Both the position numbers and the translations under genes were made by a program. The notes under the pieces were generated by a model. The model did no database searches. It saw nothing but the letters and a program-made list of their open reading frames with translations, and was not told the DNA's origin. A DNA stretch of 63,441 bases, counting the filler, from Octopus bimaculoides (Eukaryota): assembly GCF_001194135.2 (NCBI RefSeq). It is 7 parts of 6 records of this genome, joined end to end, with 100 filler letters (N's around TTAATTAATTAA, not from the genome) between each part and the next. Parts side by side here need not be neighbours in the genome. Positions count along the whole stretch, not along the records: positions 23,518 to 28,908 come from NC_068985.1; positions 29,009 to 34,153 come from NC_068997.1; positions 34,254 to 40,448 come from NC_068990.1; 4 more parts are not named here. One strand, given 5' to 3'. Below, piece by piece: positions 23,900-36,759 of this stretch; within the stretch, counting starts at the first letter, position 1; each line of letters starts with the position of its first letter.

Positions 23900-24290
23900 T
23901 ATTTTAATGATTTTTGTTGCAAAACAATAATATATATAGTTGTAGGGTTGATTCCGAACGGAAAAAAGTATTTTAACATAGTGGGGGCGGAGAAACTTAA
24001 TAAAAAACGAATCGTAAACCCTCAGGTACACCTTTAGCAATAGAGATAGGTTTAAGAGTGTTTGTCTGAGTGAACTAATTTGGAAATTGAAGGATAGTGA
24101 GAAATTATACGGCACAAATGGGAAAATACTTAATCGTGCTATATCGTACAAAATTAATGATGCTAGAAGCAACCTATGCATAGATGAATATTATATCAAA
24201 TATTAACATCTAAGAAGAAATTACTTAATGATAGACGCGAGAGTGTTCGATCTTGTACACACAGTTCTAAATATGTGTTTAGAAAATTTT
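23900..24290 (+). mobile_element. Penelope-like element, GIY-YIG endonuclease fragment
   Basis: FSNRDRFKSVCLSELIWKLKD..KILNRAISYK...NLCIDEYY...LNDRRESVRSCTH resembles the PLE GIY-YIG C-terminus. Confidence 0.7.
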
Positions 24291-24375
24291 AAGTGTGTAT
24301 ATATTTGTACTCGTATGTATCCCTTTATATGTACACTTGTATATGTATGTTTGATCGTATATTTGTATACGCACG

Positions 24376-24434
<59 letters not shown>

Positions 24435-24438
<4 letters not shown>

Positions 24439-24585
24439 GAGAATTTACGAAAAAAACAACAGACGAGGACAGGTGGTGTAAACTACAAAAGGATGTATTA
24501 GTTTAACGCTCGGGAATAGAGAAAATCTTTAACGCTTGGAGCTACGCTCTTCAACAGAAAGAAAAGGAGAAAAACACGGAGAAAA
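24435..24585 (-). mobile_element. Penelope-associated pseudo-LTR fragment
   Basis: Reverse complement matches the gaagagcgtaggctcgaaacg...actaatac...tgtcttcg unit at 28300-28420 and 40125-40260. Confidence 0.65.
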
Positions 24586-24980
24586 AAATATATATGTATG
24601 TATTTGTAATGGTCTTTGTATGTATATCTCATGCTATATTTATTTGTCGTTATGCATATGTATATGTTTGTGTATGCATATATATGTATAGATATGTAAG
24701 AATATGTGTATATATGTCTATATATGTGTGCATATCTGTATATCTTTAAGTTTTGCCATCGTAATCTATATAATGTAGAATTTAAAAATAAATTAGTGGA
24801 TTAATTCAAAATATTTTGATTCTTTCTAATGCTAATCCGTGTAGTTAATGCAAAATAAGTCATAATATTAGTATCTTAATATTAATTACATATTACAAAT
24901 AAGATTTCATTATTATACTAAATAAGTATATGTATTAATACGTTCATTTAATTCATCAAATGATAATAATAATAATGATG

Positions 24981-25061
<81 letters not shown>

Positions 25062-25099
25062 GTAATAATGAAGATGATAATGATAATAATGATAAATGA

Positions 25100-26100
25100 A
25101 TAGCTTTATTTCACTTAATCACTAAATTTAATAATCAACATATTAATTAATAAAGTATTGCATTGTTTATAATTTGTATTCTTATTACAACGGTATAATT
25201 TTATTTCTCAAAGTATTCATAAAATTTGGATACATACTATTTATAATCCTTTATCTAAAAAATAATTTTAAATGAATTTTTCGAGGATCGTTACTCAATC
25301 CTTGTTTTTGCTTATCGTACTTTATATTACGTACTGAGTTCTCCCTTCCATAATATACGAACATAGGGGCATCAACTTGTTAGTTATTGTGAATAATTCT
25401 TATTTAAGTAACTTCAAATCTGATTACTTCTGAAAAACTAGTAATATATTGATATCCATTATTATACCCTAACTCTATATTTATGGGGTAATATAGGTTG
25501 TAGTTTTTATAGATCTAAATTTATCTTCATATTTATTACGGACTTCTCCCTCCGATAAATTAAATGAATAAAGAACATTTTTTGTTAGTTACTTTACACA
25601 ACTTTTGTTTTATATCAATAAATTTAAATAAAATAGAAAAGTTATATATTACCAATACATTAGTATATTAACATTTATAGTGATTCACAAGTTTTACTAC
25701 AATTTCTAGATTAAGTAAGACTCTGGTACTTAATATATATCCATATATTGCTGTTGCATGTTATTATAATAGCCAATGATTGTCTTCGACCTAAACGAAT
25801 GTGGATTAATATTATTTGAGATATATAGAAATATATTTCGATAGATGTAGATTCTATTTACTTAATTATGTTGTCCGTTATAATTTTGTTGTTTTTTTTT
25901 AAATGTCATTGCTATGTAGTTGGAAAGTTAACACTTACGCTCATAATACACAGGCATTTGAATTATTGCTTTTACAATCCAGCTGTCCTTTCATACGGAA
26001 TTTCGTTTTTCTATAAAACCAAGCTCTGATGAGACATATACAAGTGGATATGAATTGTTAATACACTAAATAATGTATATATTTTGAATGCATATACATG
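25100..26100 (-). mobile_element. Highly decayed possible Penelope-like fragment
   Basis: Broken-frame similarity to PLE 'CP...VIYK' and 'LSKFIW.L' motifs; very AT-rich. Confidence 0.3.
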
Positions 26101-26269
26101 CTGGCTCTTTTGAGTTTTTTAAGGATTTTTTAATGTTATCTTATATTCATAACATATTATGTTATAATATAATATAAATAAATTATTGGATTATGATTTG
26201 AATCTCTTTATTTAATTCATTGTTTCTAATTTGCATTATACCCATATTTATGTAGACAAGGACAAATAT

Positions 26270-26560
26270 TCAGAATTTAATCCAACTTCACCTGCACCTC
26301 TGAAAACCTCATTTATGTAATCAGATAGTCATGTTGCCATAAAAACTATACAGGGTCTACAGGAATGCAAGAATATCGATCAGACGAAGATGTACAGGCC
26401 ACAAACAACAAATACCTTTCCCACAATATCGCTGTATATATCTCAGTGATAATCTTCTTGTTATATCATTTTGCTATTTGTACCTCAACACAAGTGCGAC
26501 GAAATAAAGAGGCCTCATTCATGGAAAAATATAAACCAGAATTAAATATAAACCCATATT
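26270..26560 (+). mobile_element. Penelope-like (Neptune-type) GIY-YIG fragment
   Basis: NFTCTSENLIYVIR*SCCHKNYTGSTG..IRRRCTGHKQQI...RRNKEASFMEKYKPELN. Confidence 0.78.
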
Positions 26561-26657
26561 GAAAATTATGATTCATCCCATGTATTGAATATAATATTGA
26601 TATAAGCCAGAATTAAATACAAATCGAATATTAAAGATTTACCTCCCCTTTACAGAA

Positions 26658-26733
26658 ACATAAGTCCATCTTGACATAGCCGAGTCTATCAGACTAGCCT
26701 GATAGACTCGGCTCTGTCAAGATGGACTTATGT
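26658..26733. repeat. Fold-back inverted repeat: 35-bp arms, one mismatch, 6-nt loop
   Basis: acataagtccatcttgacatagccgagtctatcag-actagc-ctgatagactcggctctgtcaagatggacttatgt. Confidence 0.95.
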
Positions 26734-26830
26734 ATTCTTCCTCACATTTGGATTTTTATGTATTCTCTCTCCCACTTGGATTTGAAATGTAGCCACATTT
26801 ATAATATGTCTTTTCTACAGTATTTTTTTC
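26693..26830 (-). mobile_element. Unclassified dispersed repeat ending in ...ctatcaggCTAGT
   Basis: Reverse complement aligns over ~120 bp with 61472-61590. Confidence 0.7.
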
Positions 26831-26991
26831 TGCATTTTCGTGCAGCTGAAGATTGNNNNNNNNNNNNNNNNNNNNNNNNNNNNNNNNNNNNNNNNNNNNN
26901 NNNNNNNNNNNNNNNNNNNNNNNNNNNNNNNNNNNNNNNNNNNNNNNNNNNNNNNNNNNNNNNNNNNNNNNNNNNNNNNNNNNNNNNNNNN

Positions 26992-27027
<36 letters not shown>

Positions 27028-27210
27028 CAATGAAAATGGAAAAAATTGAGGTACAGACGTTATACATTTGAAGACATTCAAATTCATGCAGAGAAATTCC
27101 TGCCTACAGCCATTTTCACACCCAATCAAATTAATTACAGAAATAAAATTCAAATTCCCATATTAGAAACCAGTTAATATTCTCAACCGGAGAACTAGAA
27201 TGTTTGCATA

Positions 27211-27371
27211 AGCGCAGGAGTGGCAGTATGGTAAGTATCTTGCTTACCAGCGACATAGTTCAGCGTTCAGTTCCACTGCGTGGCACCTTGGACAAGTGTC
27301 TTCTACTATAGCCTCGGGCCGACCAAAGCCTTGTGAATAGAATTGGTAGGTGGAGACTGAAAGACGCCCGT

Positions 27372-27410
<39 letters not shown>

Positions 27411-27600
27411 CTGTGTGCTTGTATGTCCTCCCAACATCGTTTGACAACCGATGCTGGTATGTTTACGTCCCTGTTCCTTAGCAGTTCGGCAAAAGATACC
27501 GATAGAATAAGTACTAGACTGACAAAGAATAAGTCTTGTCGATTTGCTCAACCAAATACGTTGCCCCAGCATGGCCACAGTCAAATGACCGAAACAAATA
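27211..27600 (+). mobile_element. SINE family A, near full length
   Basis: gcgcaggagtggcagtatggtaag head, core and tail; further copies at ~13770-14010, 29150-29290, 31880-32030, 32830-33045, 36340-36545(-), 54190-54420. Confidence 0.88.
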
Positions 27601-27689
27601 AACGAATAATAGGATACAAGAATCCCTTAAGGGACTTTACTACCTTGACTAAATAATATATATAACATATATATTGCATATATACATCC

Positions 27690-27744
<55 letters not shown>

Positions 27745-28089
27745 GGACGTGTTGTCTAGGCAGGCAAGGTAGGCAATGCTTGCCTTGAAGAAAATTGATC
27801 GATAGCAACATTTCCCTCTCATGGCAAAATATGCACTTAATTCAATAAAATTATTAATTTACTCTGATAACTATGCATAAAATTCAAAATACTTAATTTC
27901 CTTGTAGATTAGGTAGGCATAATTAGCCCCTGCTTTTCAGCCTCAGTTTTTGAGCTACGTGCTGCATATGTGACAACAACGCTTGCTTTACGCGCTACAA
28001 AGGCAGAAAGAGATATGCCTTCAACTCAGTTACACCCATATGTTACGTTTATTGTTGTGCGTTTTAGTACATATAGCTCGCCATCTGCC

Positions 28090-28420
28090 TACTCTGAGTA
28101 TCTACTGATATATAAGTGTAGGACTTTCTACTCTTTTACACTCGGTATCCTACGCTTCGGCTGCACCTCCCCTACCCATGGATCACACTGGACTCTTCCT
28201 TTCGTGAGAAATCGCTCCAATACACCCGGATATTTGAACCTTTTGAAATTTTCTAAACTTTCTTGTACTTTCTGCTTTTCGTATTGTCGTTTCTCTATTT
28301 CGTTCCTCTATTTCTGTATTTCTTTTTTGTCGAAGAGCGTAGGCTCGAAACGTAAACGATTTTCTCACTAATACATCCGTTTGTTGTTTACACATATGTC
28401 TTCGTCTTTTGTTGTTTTTG
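28090..28420 (+). mobile_element. Penelope-like 3' end / pseudo-LTR
   Basis: Pyrimidine-rich tract followed by cgaagagcgtaggctcgaaacgt unit shared with 24435-24585 and 40125-40260. Confidence 0.55.
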
Positions 28421-29008
28421 TAAATTCTCACTATATATATATATATATCTTAATATATAAATCTGAAGTTTTGTGTTTGTGTGAAGCCTTTTTGAATGTT
28501 TATAGAAATCCATATTTTCCACTTTTTCGTAAAAATATTTACATCAATGGAATTTTTCCGATGTGAACTTTCCAGTGCAGTAATTAGATTTTTAAAATTC
28601 CGTTTACTTTGTGTGATTTAAGGGAGATTTGGCTGTTGTTTCTAGCAACTTTGGAAGGTCATAACTATCATAAAAATGAATATTTTTTAATGAACTTTTC
28701 TATGCATATATTGTTTATTATGTAGATTCCAAATATACAACAATTTTCGGTGGAAGTGTTTTGGAAGGGGGTGGGGTACAATATTCGGAAATTCCACTTA
28801 AATTCCTCTTAACTTCCAAGAAAATGAATATTTTTTCATGAAATTTTGTACAAATGTACCTTGATGTACGTATATTTCAAGCATGTAGGAAGTTTGAAGG
28901 AAACAACTNNNNNNNNNNNNNNNNNNNNNNNNNNNNNNNNNNNNNNNNNNNNTTAATTAATTAANNNNNNNNNNNNNNNNNNNNNNNNNNNNNNNNNNNN
29001 NNNNNNNN

Positions 29009-29045
<37 letters not shown>

Positions 29046-29840
29046 GAGAGAGAGAGAGAGAGAGAGATCGTTGCTATCATGTTAAACTGTCGTAAATCGA
29101 AATTTTGGCAAATGAGTTTTTTTTCAATTGTATTTGCTCCTCCCACCATCATCATCACTTGACAACTGATGTTGGTGAGTTTACGCCCCCGGAATTTAGC
29201 GGTTCGGCATAAGAGACCGATAGAATAAGTACTAGGCTGACAAAGAATGTCTTGGGGTCGATTTGTTCGACTAAAGGCGGGGCTCTAGCAGTTCATTTAA
29301 TTATGATTTTATTCAACATATTCTTCCCCTCTCACATTCACACACATTGCAGCGTTCCTTCAGTTTTTCTAAGGTCTGTAAAAGAACTTGGAAGGTTGGG
29401 ACCCCAACCAGGCCTTTTGTGACACCCTTAAAGCCAGGTACCTTTCAGCACCCTCTCGTACATATATATATATTACTGCATAGTAAGGGTCATAAAAAGC
29501 GATTTTAATAAAAAAATTAAGGGAAATTAAGAGAATAAAATGTACACAAGCTACACGCATCACACGACAACACAAGTGCAGCCTGCAACATATATATATC
29601 CACACAAACTAAAACGTTAAGTTAAAATGCTATAAAAACTACAGCTCTCTCCACTTAAAAAAAAAACAAAAAAATATTTAGTCAATTACTCAGGTCTTGT
29701 AAAATATATGAAGCTTTTATAGCTGTCAAGCCAATTTTTCTACATTTTATTGCCTCTAAACAGAAAGCAGTCCCCACACTATGCCTGAAGAGCCCTGCTG
29801 GTCTTTATTTGTATTCATTAAGAATTGTTTAGTTGTTGCC

Positions 29841-29871
<31 letters not shown>

Positions 29872-30144
29872 GGTTTCCTTCTACCGGAAGCTCTGAACCG
29901 GAATTTTTATTTATTCATTTGTGAAATTATTTTTTAAATTTTTATTGCTGTTGATGGATTCTGATTGACTTAGCTTTCAAATGTCCGCAAGTTGTATGTA
30001 GGTATGTTTATGTGTGCATATGTGTGCGTGTGTGTCTATGCTTGTGTATTATGTGTTTGCGTGGTGTGTGCTTGTATTATGTATGTATGAAAATATGTAT
30101 ATACACATACGTGTGTGGGTGTCTATATATATTTGCGTATATAA

Positions 30145-30179
<35 letters not shown>

Positions 30180-30279
30180 TATACATACATATATATATAT
30201 TTATATATATACACACGCATACATATATATATGTGTATATGCATGAATGTATATATGACTCTAAAGGAGAGAAAGAGAA

Positions 30280-30326
<47 letters not shown>

Positions 30327-30383
30327 TAGAGAGAAAGTGAAAGTGAGAGATGATGATTATGATGATGATGATAATGATGGGGA

Positions 30384-30445
30384 TGACGTCTTTCCACTTC
30401 TGGACTGAATTTAGCCAATCAAGTTAACTTCCGTCTCTGACGTCA
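30384..30445. promoter_or_regulatory. Candidate promoter/enhancer motif cluster (CRE-like, CCAAT, ETS, CRE)
   Basis: TGACGTCT 30384-30391, AGCCAATCA 30413-30421, ACTTCCG 30427-30433, TGACGTCA 30438-30445, embedded in microsatellite-rich DNA. Confidence 0.4.
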
Positions 30446-30747
30446 GTAACTGCACGCTTTTATATTTCTCGTTATATTTTCTTTTAATTTATATATTTCT
30501 AATTGTTGTCTCTTCCAATTGTTAAACTATAATGTTTACAATGGGGACGTCATATCGTTAAGTTCATGGCACTCTAGTATATCACTTCTTTCCTTCTTTG
30601 TTTGTTAGTTTGTTTGTTTGTTTCTTCTTTCTCTCTCTATTTTCTTTCTTTCTTTCTTTTTTAATTTCTTTCTTTGTCTCCTTCTTACCTATATCCCCCC
30701 TTTTCATTCTTTTTTCGTTTTGCCACTTATGTATCTTTCCTCTTTAC

Positions 30748-30813
<66 letters not shown>

Positions 30814-30920
30814 TTTGCTAGCTACATACATGTATATAATATATATATACATATATCATATCTAGACACACATATATATGTGTATATACATATATACATA
30901 CATACATATATACATACATG

Positions 30921-30977
<57 letters not shown>

Positions 30978-31082
30978 TTACAAACATATACATCTTTTGG
31001 TGTGTGTGTGTATGTGCATACATATATTTATACATACATACACATATATATACATACATATATATATATAATGAAAAACCTG

Positions 31083-31116
<34 letters not shown>

Positions 31117-31148
31117 GCAAACATACATATATATATATNNNNNNNNNN

Positions 31149-31225
<77 letters not shown>

Positions 31226-32035
31226 TTTCTCCACAATTGTTTTGCCTGTCGTTTTTACTTCATACTTCCACTCCTCACACTATCCTACCCCTCCACACAT
31301 ACTCACACTACATGCTTCCCGTGGCTTCACTTCATCCTCAACTTTCACTGATTTATTGCAGCTGTTGTTTTATTTTATGTTGTTTCTATTGAATGTTATT
31401 ATTGTTTCCGCTGCTCTTTATAGAACCAATATATATATATAGATTATTAAAATATGACTCAATATTTTGCTTCTCTCTGTGTCATTCTATCTCTAACTCT
31501 TCCCTACTTTCTTTCAGTCTTCTCTCACTCTTTTTTTAACTCTCATACACTTATATATACATAAATTTGTGTTTAGTATATAAGAATGCATTACGAATAC
31601 AGTCAATGTATTATATATTATTTAACATAAGATCTTGTAAAGATATTTTGTTATTTAGTTCTCTAGTGACCATCTTTCTAGCTGTGACCATCCCGTCTTT
31701 TTTTTTTTCGGTAGGTTAAGCCAGGGTCGCATTATAAACGTGACTTTCATTTCTAAGATAATCAGATGTGATTTGTAGGAAATTTCGCTCCTTTTTCAGC
31801 AGCTGTCTTGCAGGGCAGTTTATTGTAGGTTGTAGCATAACGCTGTATGACGTGTGTTCATATCCGATAGTATAGTCTCAGGCATAGCTCTGTTGTTAAG
31901 AAGCTCGCATTGCTGTCGTGAGCTTCTTAGTTCAGTCCTACTGCGCGCTCCCTTGGGCAAGTGCCATCTACTACGAGCCCTGGCCAACCAATGCATTAAT
32001 TGAATTTCTTTGACGGAAACTGTGAAAGCCTACCG

Positions 32036-32075
<40 letters not shown>

Positions 32076-32776
32076 TACACATATGTATATATANNNNNNN
32101 NNNNNNNNNNNNNNNNNNNNNNNNNNNNNNNNNNNNNNNNNNNNNNNNNNNNNNNNNNNNNNNNNNNNNNNNNNNNNNNNNNNNNNNNNNNNNNNNNNNN
32201 NNNNNNNNNNNNNNNNNNNNNNNNNNNNNNNNNNNNNNNNNNNNNNNNNNNNNNNNNNNNNNNNNNNNNNNNNNNNNNNNNNNNNNNNNNNNNNNNNNNN
32301 NNNNNNNNNNNNNNNNNNNNNNNNNNNNNNNNNNNNNNNNNNNNNNNNNNNNNNNNNNNNNNNNNNNNNNNNNNNNNNNNNNNNNNNNNNNNNNNNNNNN
32401 NNNNNNNNNNNNNNNNNNNNNNNNNNNNNNNNNNNNNNNNNNNNNNNNNNNNNNNNNNNNNNNNNNNNNNNNNNNNNNNNNNNNNNNNNNNNNNNNNNNN
32501 NNNNNNNNNNNNNNNNNNNNNNNNNNNNNNNNNNNNNNNNNNNNNNNNNNNNNNNNNNNNNNNNNNNNNNNNNNNNNNNNNNNNNNNNNNNNNNNNNNNN
32601 NNNNNNNNNNNNNNNNNNNNNNNNNNNNNNNNNNNNNNNNNNNNNNNNNNNNNNNNNNNNNNNNNNNNNNNNNNNNNNNNNNNNNNNNNNNNNNNNNNNN
32701 NNNNNNNNNNNNNNNNNNNNNNNNNNNNNNNNNNNNNNNNNNNNNNNNNNNNNNNNNNNNNNNNNNNNNNNNNNNN

Positions 32777-32825
<49 letters not shown>

Positions 32826-33039
32826 TCACGCGCGCCTCCCTGTGCTTGTGTTTGTCCCCTCACCGCTTGTCAGCCAGTGTTATGCTTTTTTTTACGTCTC
32901 AGCAGTTTAGCAGTTTGGCAAAAGTGAATTCAGAGTAAGTACTCGACTGAAAATAAACGTCCTGTGGTAGACATTTTTCGACTAAACTCTTCAAAGCAGT
33001 GCCCCAGCATGACCACAGTCCAATGACTTCAACAAGTAA

Positions 33040-33310
33040 AGGACAAAAGGCAGCGTTGTAGTGTTGTTGTATGGCATTGTGCAGAGTAGTGTTGTGTGAT
33101 GCAGCATGATGTGGTTTGGCGCAATGTTATGAGGTTGAGCCACAGAAGAGAGGAATCGTATGGTGAGTGTTGTAGTGTGGAGATGCGTTGAGCAATAGAG
33201 TAAGGATGTAATGTAATGTATCATTGCATAATGTACTTAGTTCGGTGTAGTACAATGTTCAGTGGTCAGTGTAGAGTATAGAGGCGCAGCGTAGTATAAT
33301 GTGAGTTGGT
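33040..33310. repeat. Degenerate 5-bp periodic tract (gtagt/gtaat-like)
   Basis: agtgt tgttg tatgg cattg tgcag agtag tgttg tgtga... with retained 5-nt periodicity. Confidence 0.6.
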
Positions 33311-33919
33311 GTTGTGGTTTTCATGTCCTTGAATAGGTCTGGTGAAATTCAGGTCGTCAGCTGAAAGACGAGACGTAACCTAAAAGATTCGTTTTCACAA
33401 TTAAGCTATGCTTCAGCCAAGTTGAAGATTATATTGCATGCTTTGATATACAATGATAGTTGTACGGGGGTACAGCGTTACCATCTGGGTATATTATACT
33501 AACTGCACCGTAGATACTAGTGGTAGCCACAACGAGACAGTGAACACGTACTCGTTTAGAACGCTATAGTTGCTACTCCTCTGCACTTATTTCCGGTGGT
33601 ATCCATTCCGGCATTGTGTTTTGAGGACAAAACTTGTCCAGTGGTTACTCATATTTGTCCGATGACTGAGATTGACAGTTTTTTCCCCAGAAGATTTATT
33701 GTAGTGCTCTGTAATTGGTTTAGTGAGTAACCTGTGTGTATGTCGATGTGGATTGTTTTAGATGTAAAGGGAGTTTAGTATCGATGCGATTAATTTATCT
33801 CCCATCTGCAAAGGTATTTGACTTTCCGCCCGGAGAGGATATCTGTGTTTCCGTTATTAAAACCTACAGATTTGGCGAATAAATATCTCCCCTAGCCAGA
33901 TGGTTTCATCGTCCAACGT

Positions 33920-34150
33920 CACCACCATTATCATGAGAATCAAACCCCGCCATCACCACCAACATTATGAGAATCCACCACCCACTACTGCCATCATCAC
34001 TCTTAGGAGATTCCTCCCTCGCCGCCACCACCTCTGTTATGAGATTCCTTCCCAACCGACCCCACAGCTATTATAATAACCATCCTCCACCGCCACTGCC
34101 TCTACGATGAAATCAATCTCCGCTCATTACTCTTATGCGAGGCATGCCCC
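33920..34150. repeat. Degenerate ~35-bp minisatellite
   Basis: atgag(a/-)att/atc core recurs at ~33933, 33968, 34006, 34040, 34107, each flanked by cacc-rich runs. Confidence 0.55.
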
Positions 34151-34253
34151 GCCNNNNNNNNNNNNNNNNNNNNNNNNNNNNNNNNNNNNNNNNNNNNTTA
34201 ATTAATTAANNNNNNNNNNNNNNNNNNNNNNNNNNNNNNNNNNNNNNNNNNNN

Positions 34254-34308
<55 letters not shown>

Positions 34309-35039
34309 CGTGCGTGTGTGTGTGTGCGGGCGCATGCAACATGCATCTCTGCATTGATTAATATGACTTTGAATACCGTAGTTCCCTTGTTTAAACGGTT
34401 TATGTATTTTTGCCAAATTCTGAATAATATCTCTCCTAAGGTGATGTGGAAAATATTGTTATCACGACGTAATGTAAATTTTAATGACTCCTTGTAGGCA
34501 TTATACTTATGAGCATGAAAATATGGCCATTGTTTAGTTTTACCGCTTGCTGAACCTATCATACTAATAGCATATAAATTTTTCTGTATTGTGTTTTTTT
34601 TTAAGATTACGAAATAAAGGTTGCAAGCTTGAAATAAGCATAAGTTAAGTTCACCAAGGAAATGTGCATATGAATATTGGACACATTGATTGTGTGATTG
34701 AATCTTGCTAGTGTTTTCCAGCATTGCAAGCTTTGTGTTTTGTGTCGTATGGCACCCATTTTACTTCCAATGGTTCTGAATTTAAGATTGACCAGTATAA
34801 CCTTGGTGTGAAGAAGAGAGACGTGTTCGCCTTTAATGATAAAGATATAGTGTATTGACAGCATAGGAAAAACACGCTAGAGATGGGAATGTATAATACG
34901 TTAGTTAGAACAATTATACGCAAAGTTGGTGACTGTGCGTAGAAAGGTACATGTGTATTAATTTCAGATGTGCTGACAAGTTAATATAAACTGTATCAGG
35001 ATCAAACTGGAGAGAAATTTCTCTTTTTAAAGGGAAGAT

Positions 35040-36000
35040 TGCAACTGAACCAGGATTCCCATAGTCACCATGGCAGTCAAAATTAAAATTTTAGATATCA
35101 TCTTTACAATTAAAGAATATGTTACATAAAAAAAAAATGAGATTCCAGCAGAAGATGGAGGAACCATTATTTCTAGTGCTAGTTGGTTTGAGAAAGTCAA
35201 ACCTCAAGCATGAATTCACATTCTCTGTATTACAGGTGGGGCTGCAGCTAATGCCAAAATTGTTGTTCCGAAGTATCTCGGTGTTTCGAAAAAGTAAAAT
35301 TAAATAACTGAAAAGTTTTATGACAATAAAAGAATACGAAATTTCGAGGAATCAGTTCTCCTCCGGAAAATTCTTGAACCTGTTTATCGATGAAAAAAAA
35401 AATGTAACATAAAGTGTCACTCAACTCTTCAGTTAGAATGAAATGTAAAAGAAAGCATGAAGATTTTGAAAATTTACCCTTAAAATGTATTGCAAATATA
35501 AATTCTTACCTTCAAATATCCGTGCACAAACTTGCTTTCACGGTTTTATTAACTATAGACAATGTTCCTAGTCACTCTACAAACAATCTTTCTATCTTTT
35601 TTTAACCCATAGACTAGGGCTTAATTACTTCACAAAGCTTAGTTTCTGAGAAAAACTGATTGAGCAATTAAAATTACAACTGCAGAAAATACAATTTCTT
35701 TAGTAGAATTTTTGAAAACAATGTGCTGCCATTGAGAATATTTATAATCCAGAAAGAAGAACTAACAATGAACAACAGGAAAAACGTTCGAGAAGATATT
35801 TTAATTTTACGGCATTGTGTTAACGATTTCACCGACCAGAAGAAATATTTGTAAAAATAACTAGCATTGGAAGAGAGACTGGTTTCGATGAAATGGATAA
35901 TACAAATGTTCGTGATCTGGTTAACTTACATTCAAGGGAATCAACTGAGTGTGACCTCCTTAATTTGGATCAAGAGCATGAGTAGGAAGAAGACATTAAT
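35040..36000 (+). mobile_element. Tigger/pogo-family DNA transposon remnant
   Basis: ISSASWFEK (CENP-B HTH end), KLAFTVLLTIDNVPSH and QPID*GLI (DDE), acidic C-terminus RETGFDEMDNTNVRDLVNLHSRE; many stops and frameshifts. Confidence 0.75.
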
Positions 36001-36759
36001 CAATATTATGGACAACAAATAATACGAAATTAAAATGTTTCGGTAATTTGACAAGTTCAAGTAATTAATAATAGATATCAACTCTCACATCGGACAGAGC
36101 TTGTAAGATCGGTAAAAAAAATTGAGGACAGTTTCGATGTTAGAGGCAGATGTATGTAAAGAAAAAGGAAGAAGATATGAATGCGTTAAGGATTTTTCAA
36201 ATAAATAAATTTCTAAAACTATATTTTGTCCTTTGTTGTATATGCACCACACAAAAGTACAATACTTCAATGATATTTAACTGTTATAATATATAATTTA
36301 AATACTATTTAACTGTCGGGAGGCAAGAATCTTACGACACAGCCATGCCTGCGCCTATATGCATATATGGTAAAAGTAAATTTATAAAGATTCTGCAGCA
36401 TATTTAGTAAGTACTTATCCGAATGATTACATACAACCACGACGGCTTGAGTTCGGTTCCTAAGGCAAGTGTATTTTAATCGAGCTTCGGGACGACAAAA
36501 ACCTTGTGCCTTGTGAGAGTAATTTGGTAGACTGAACATAAGAGTTTGTGTATATATTTACGCATGAATGTGTGTACACGTGTGTGTGTGCGTGTGTCGT
36601 TGCGTAATTGGCTGGTTACACGACTATGTCGTGTAGCCAGCTAATTACGTGTAGTCAGATGGGGGTAGAATTAGTGTTAGTGTGATTAGATTTTTATGAA
36701 GAAATTTTAAACTAGATGTTAAGGAAAGGTTAGGATTGGAAAGGCTATTTAACTATATA

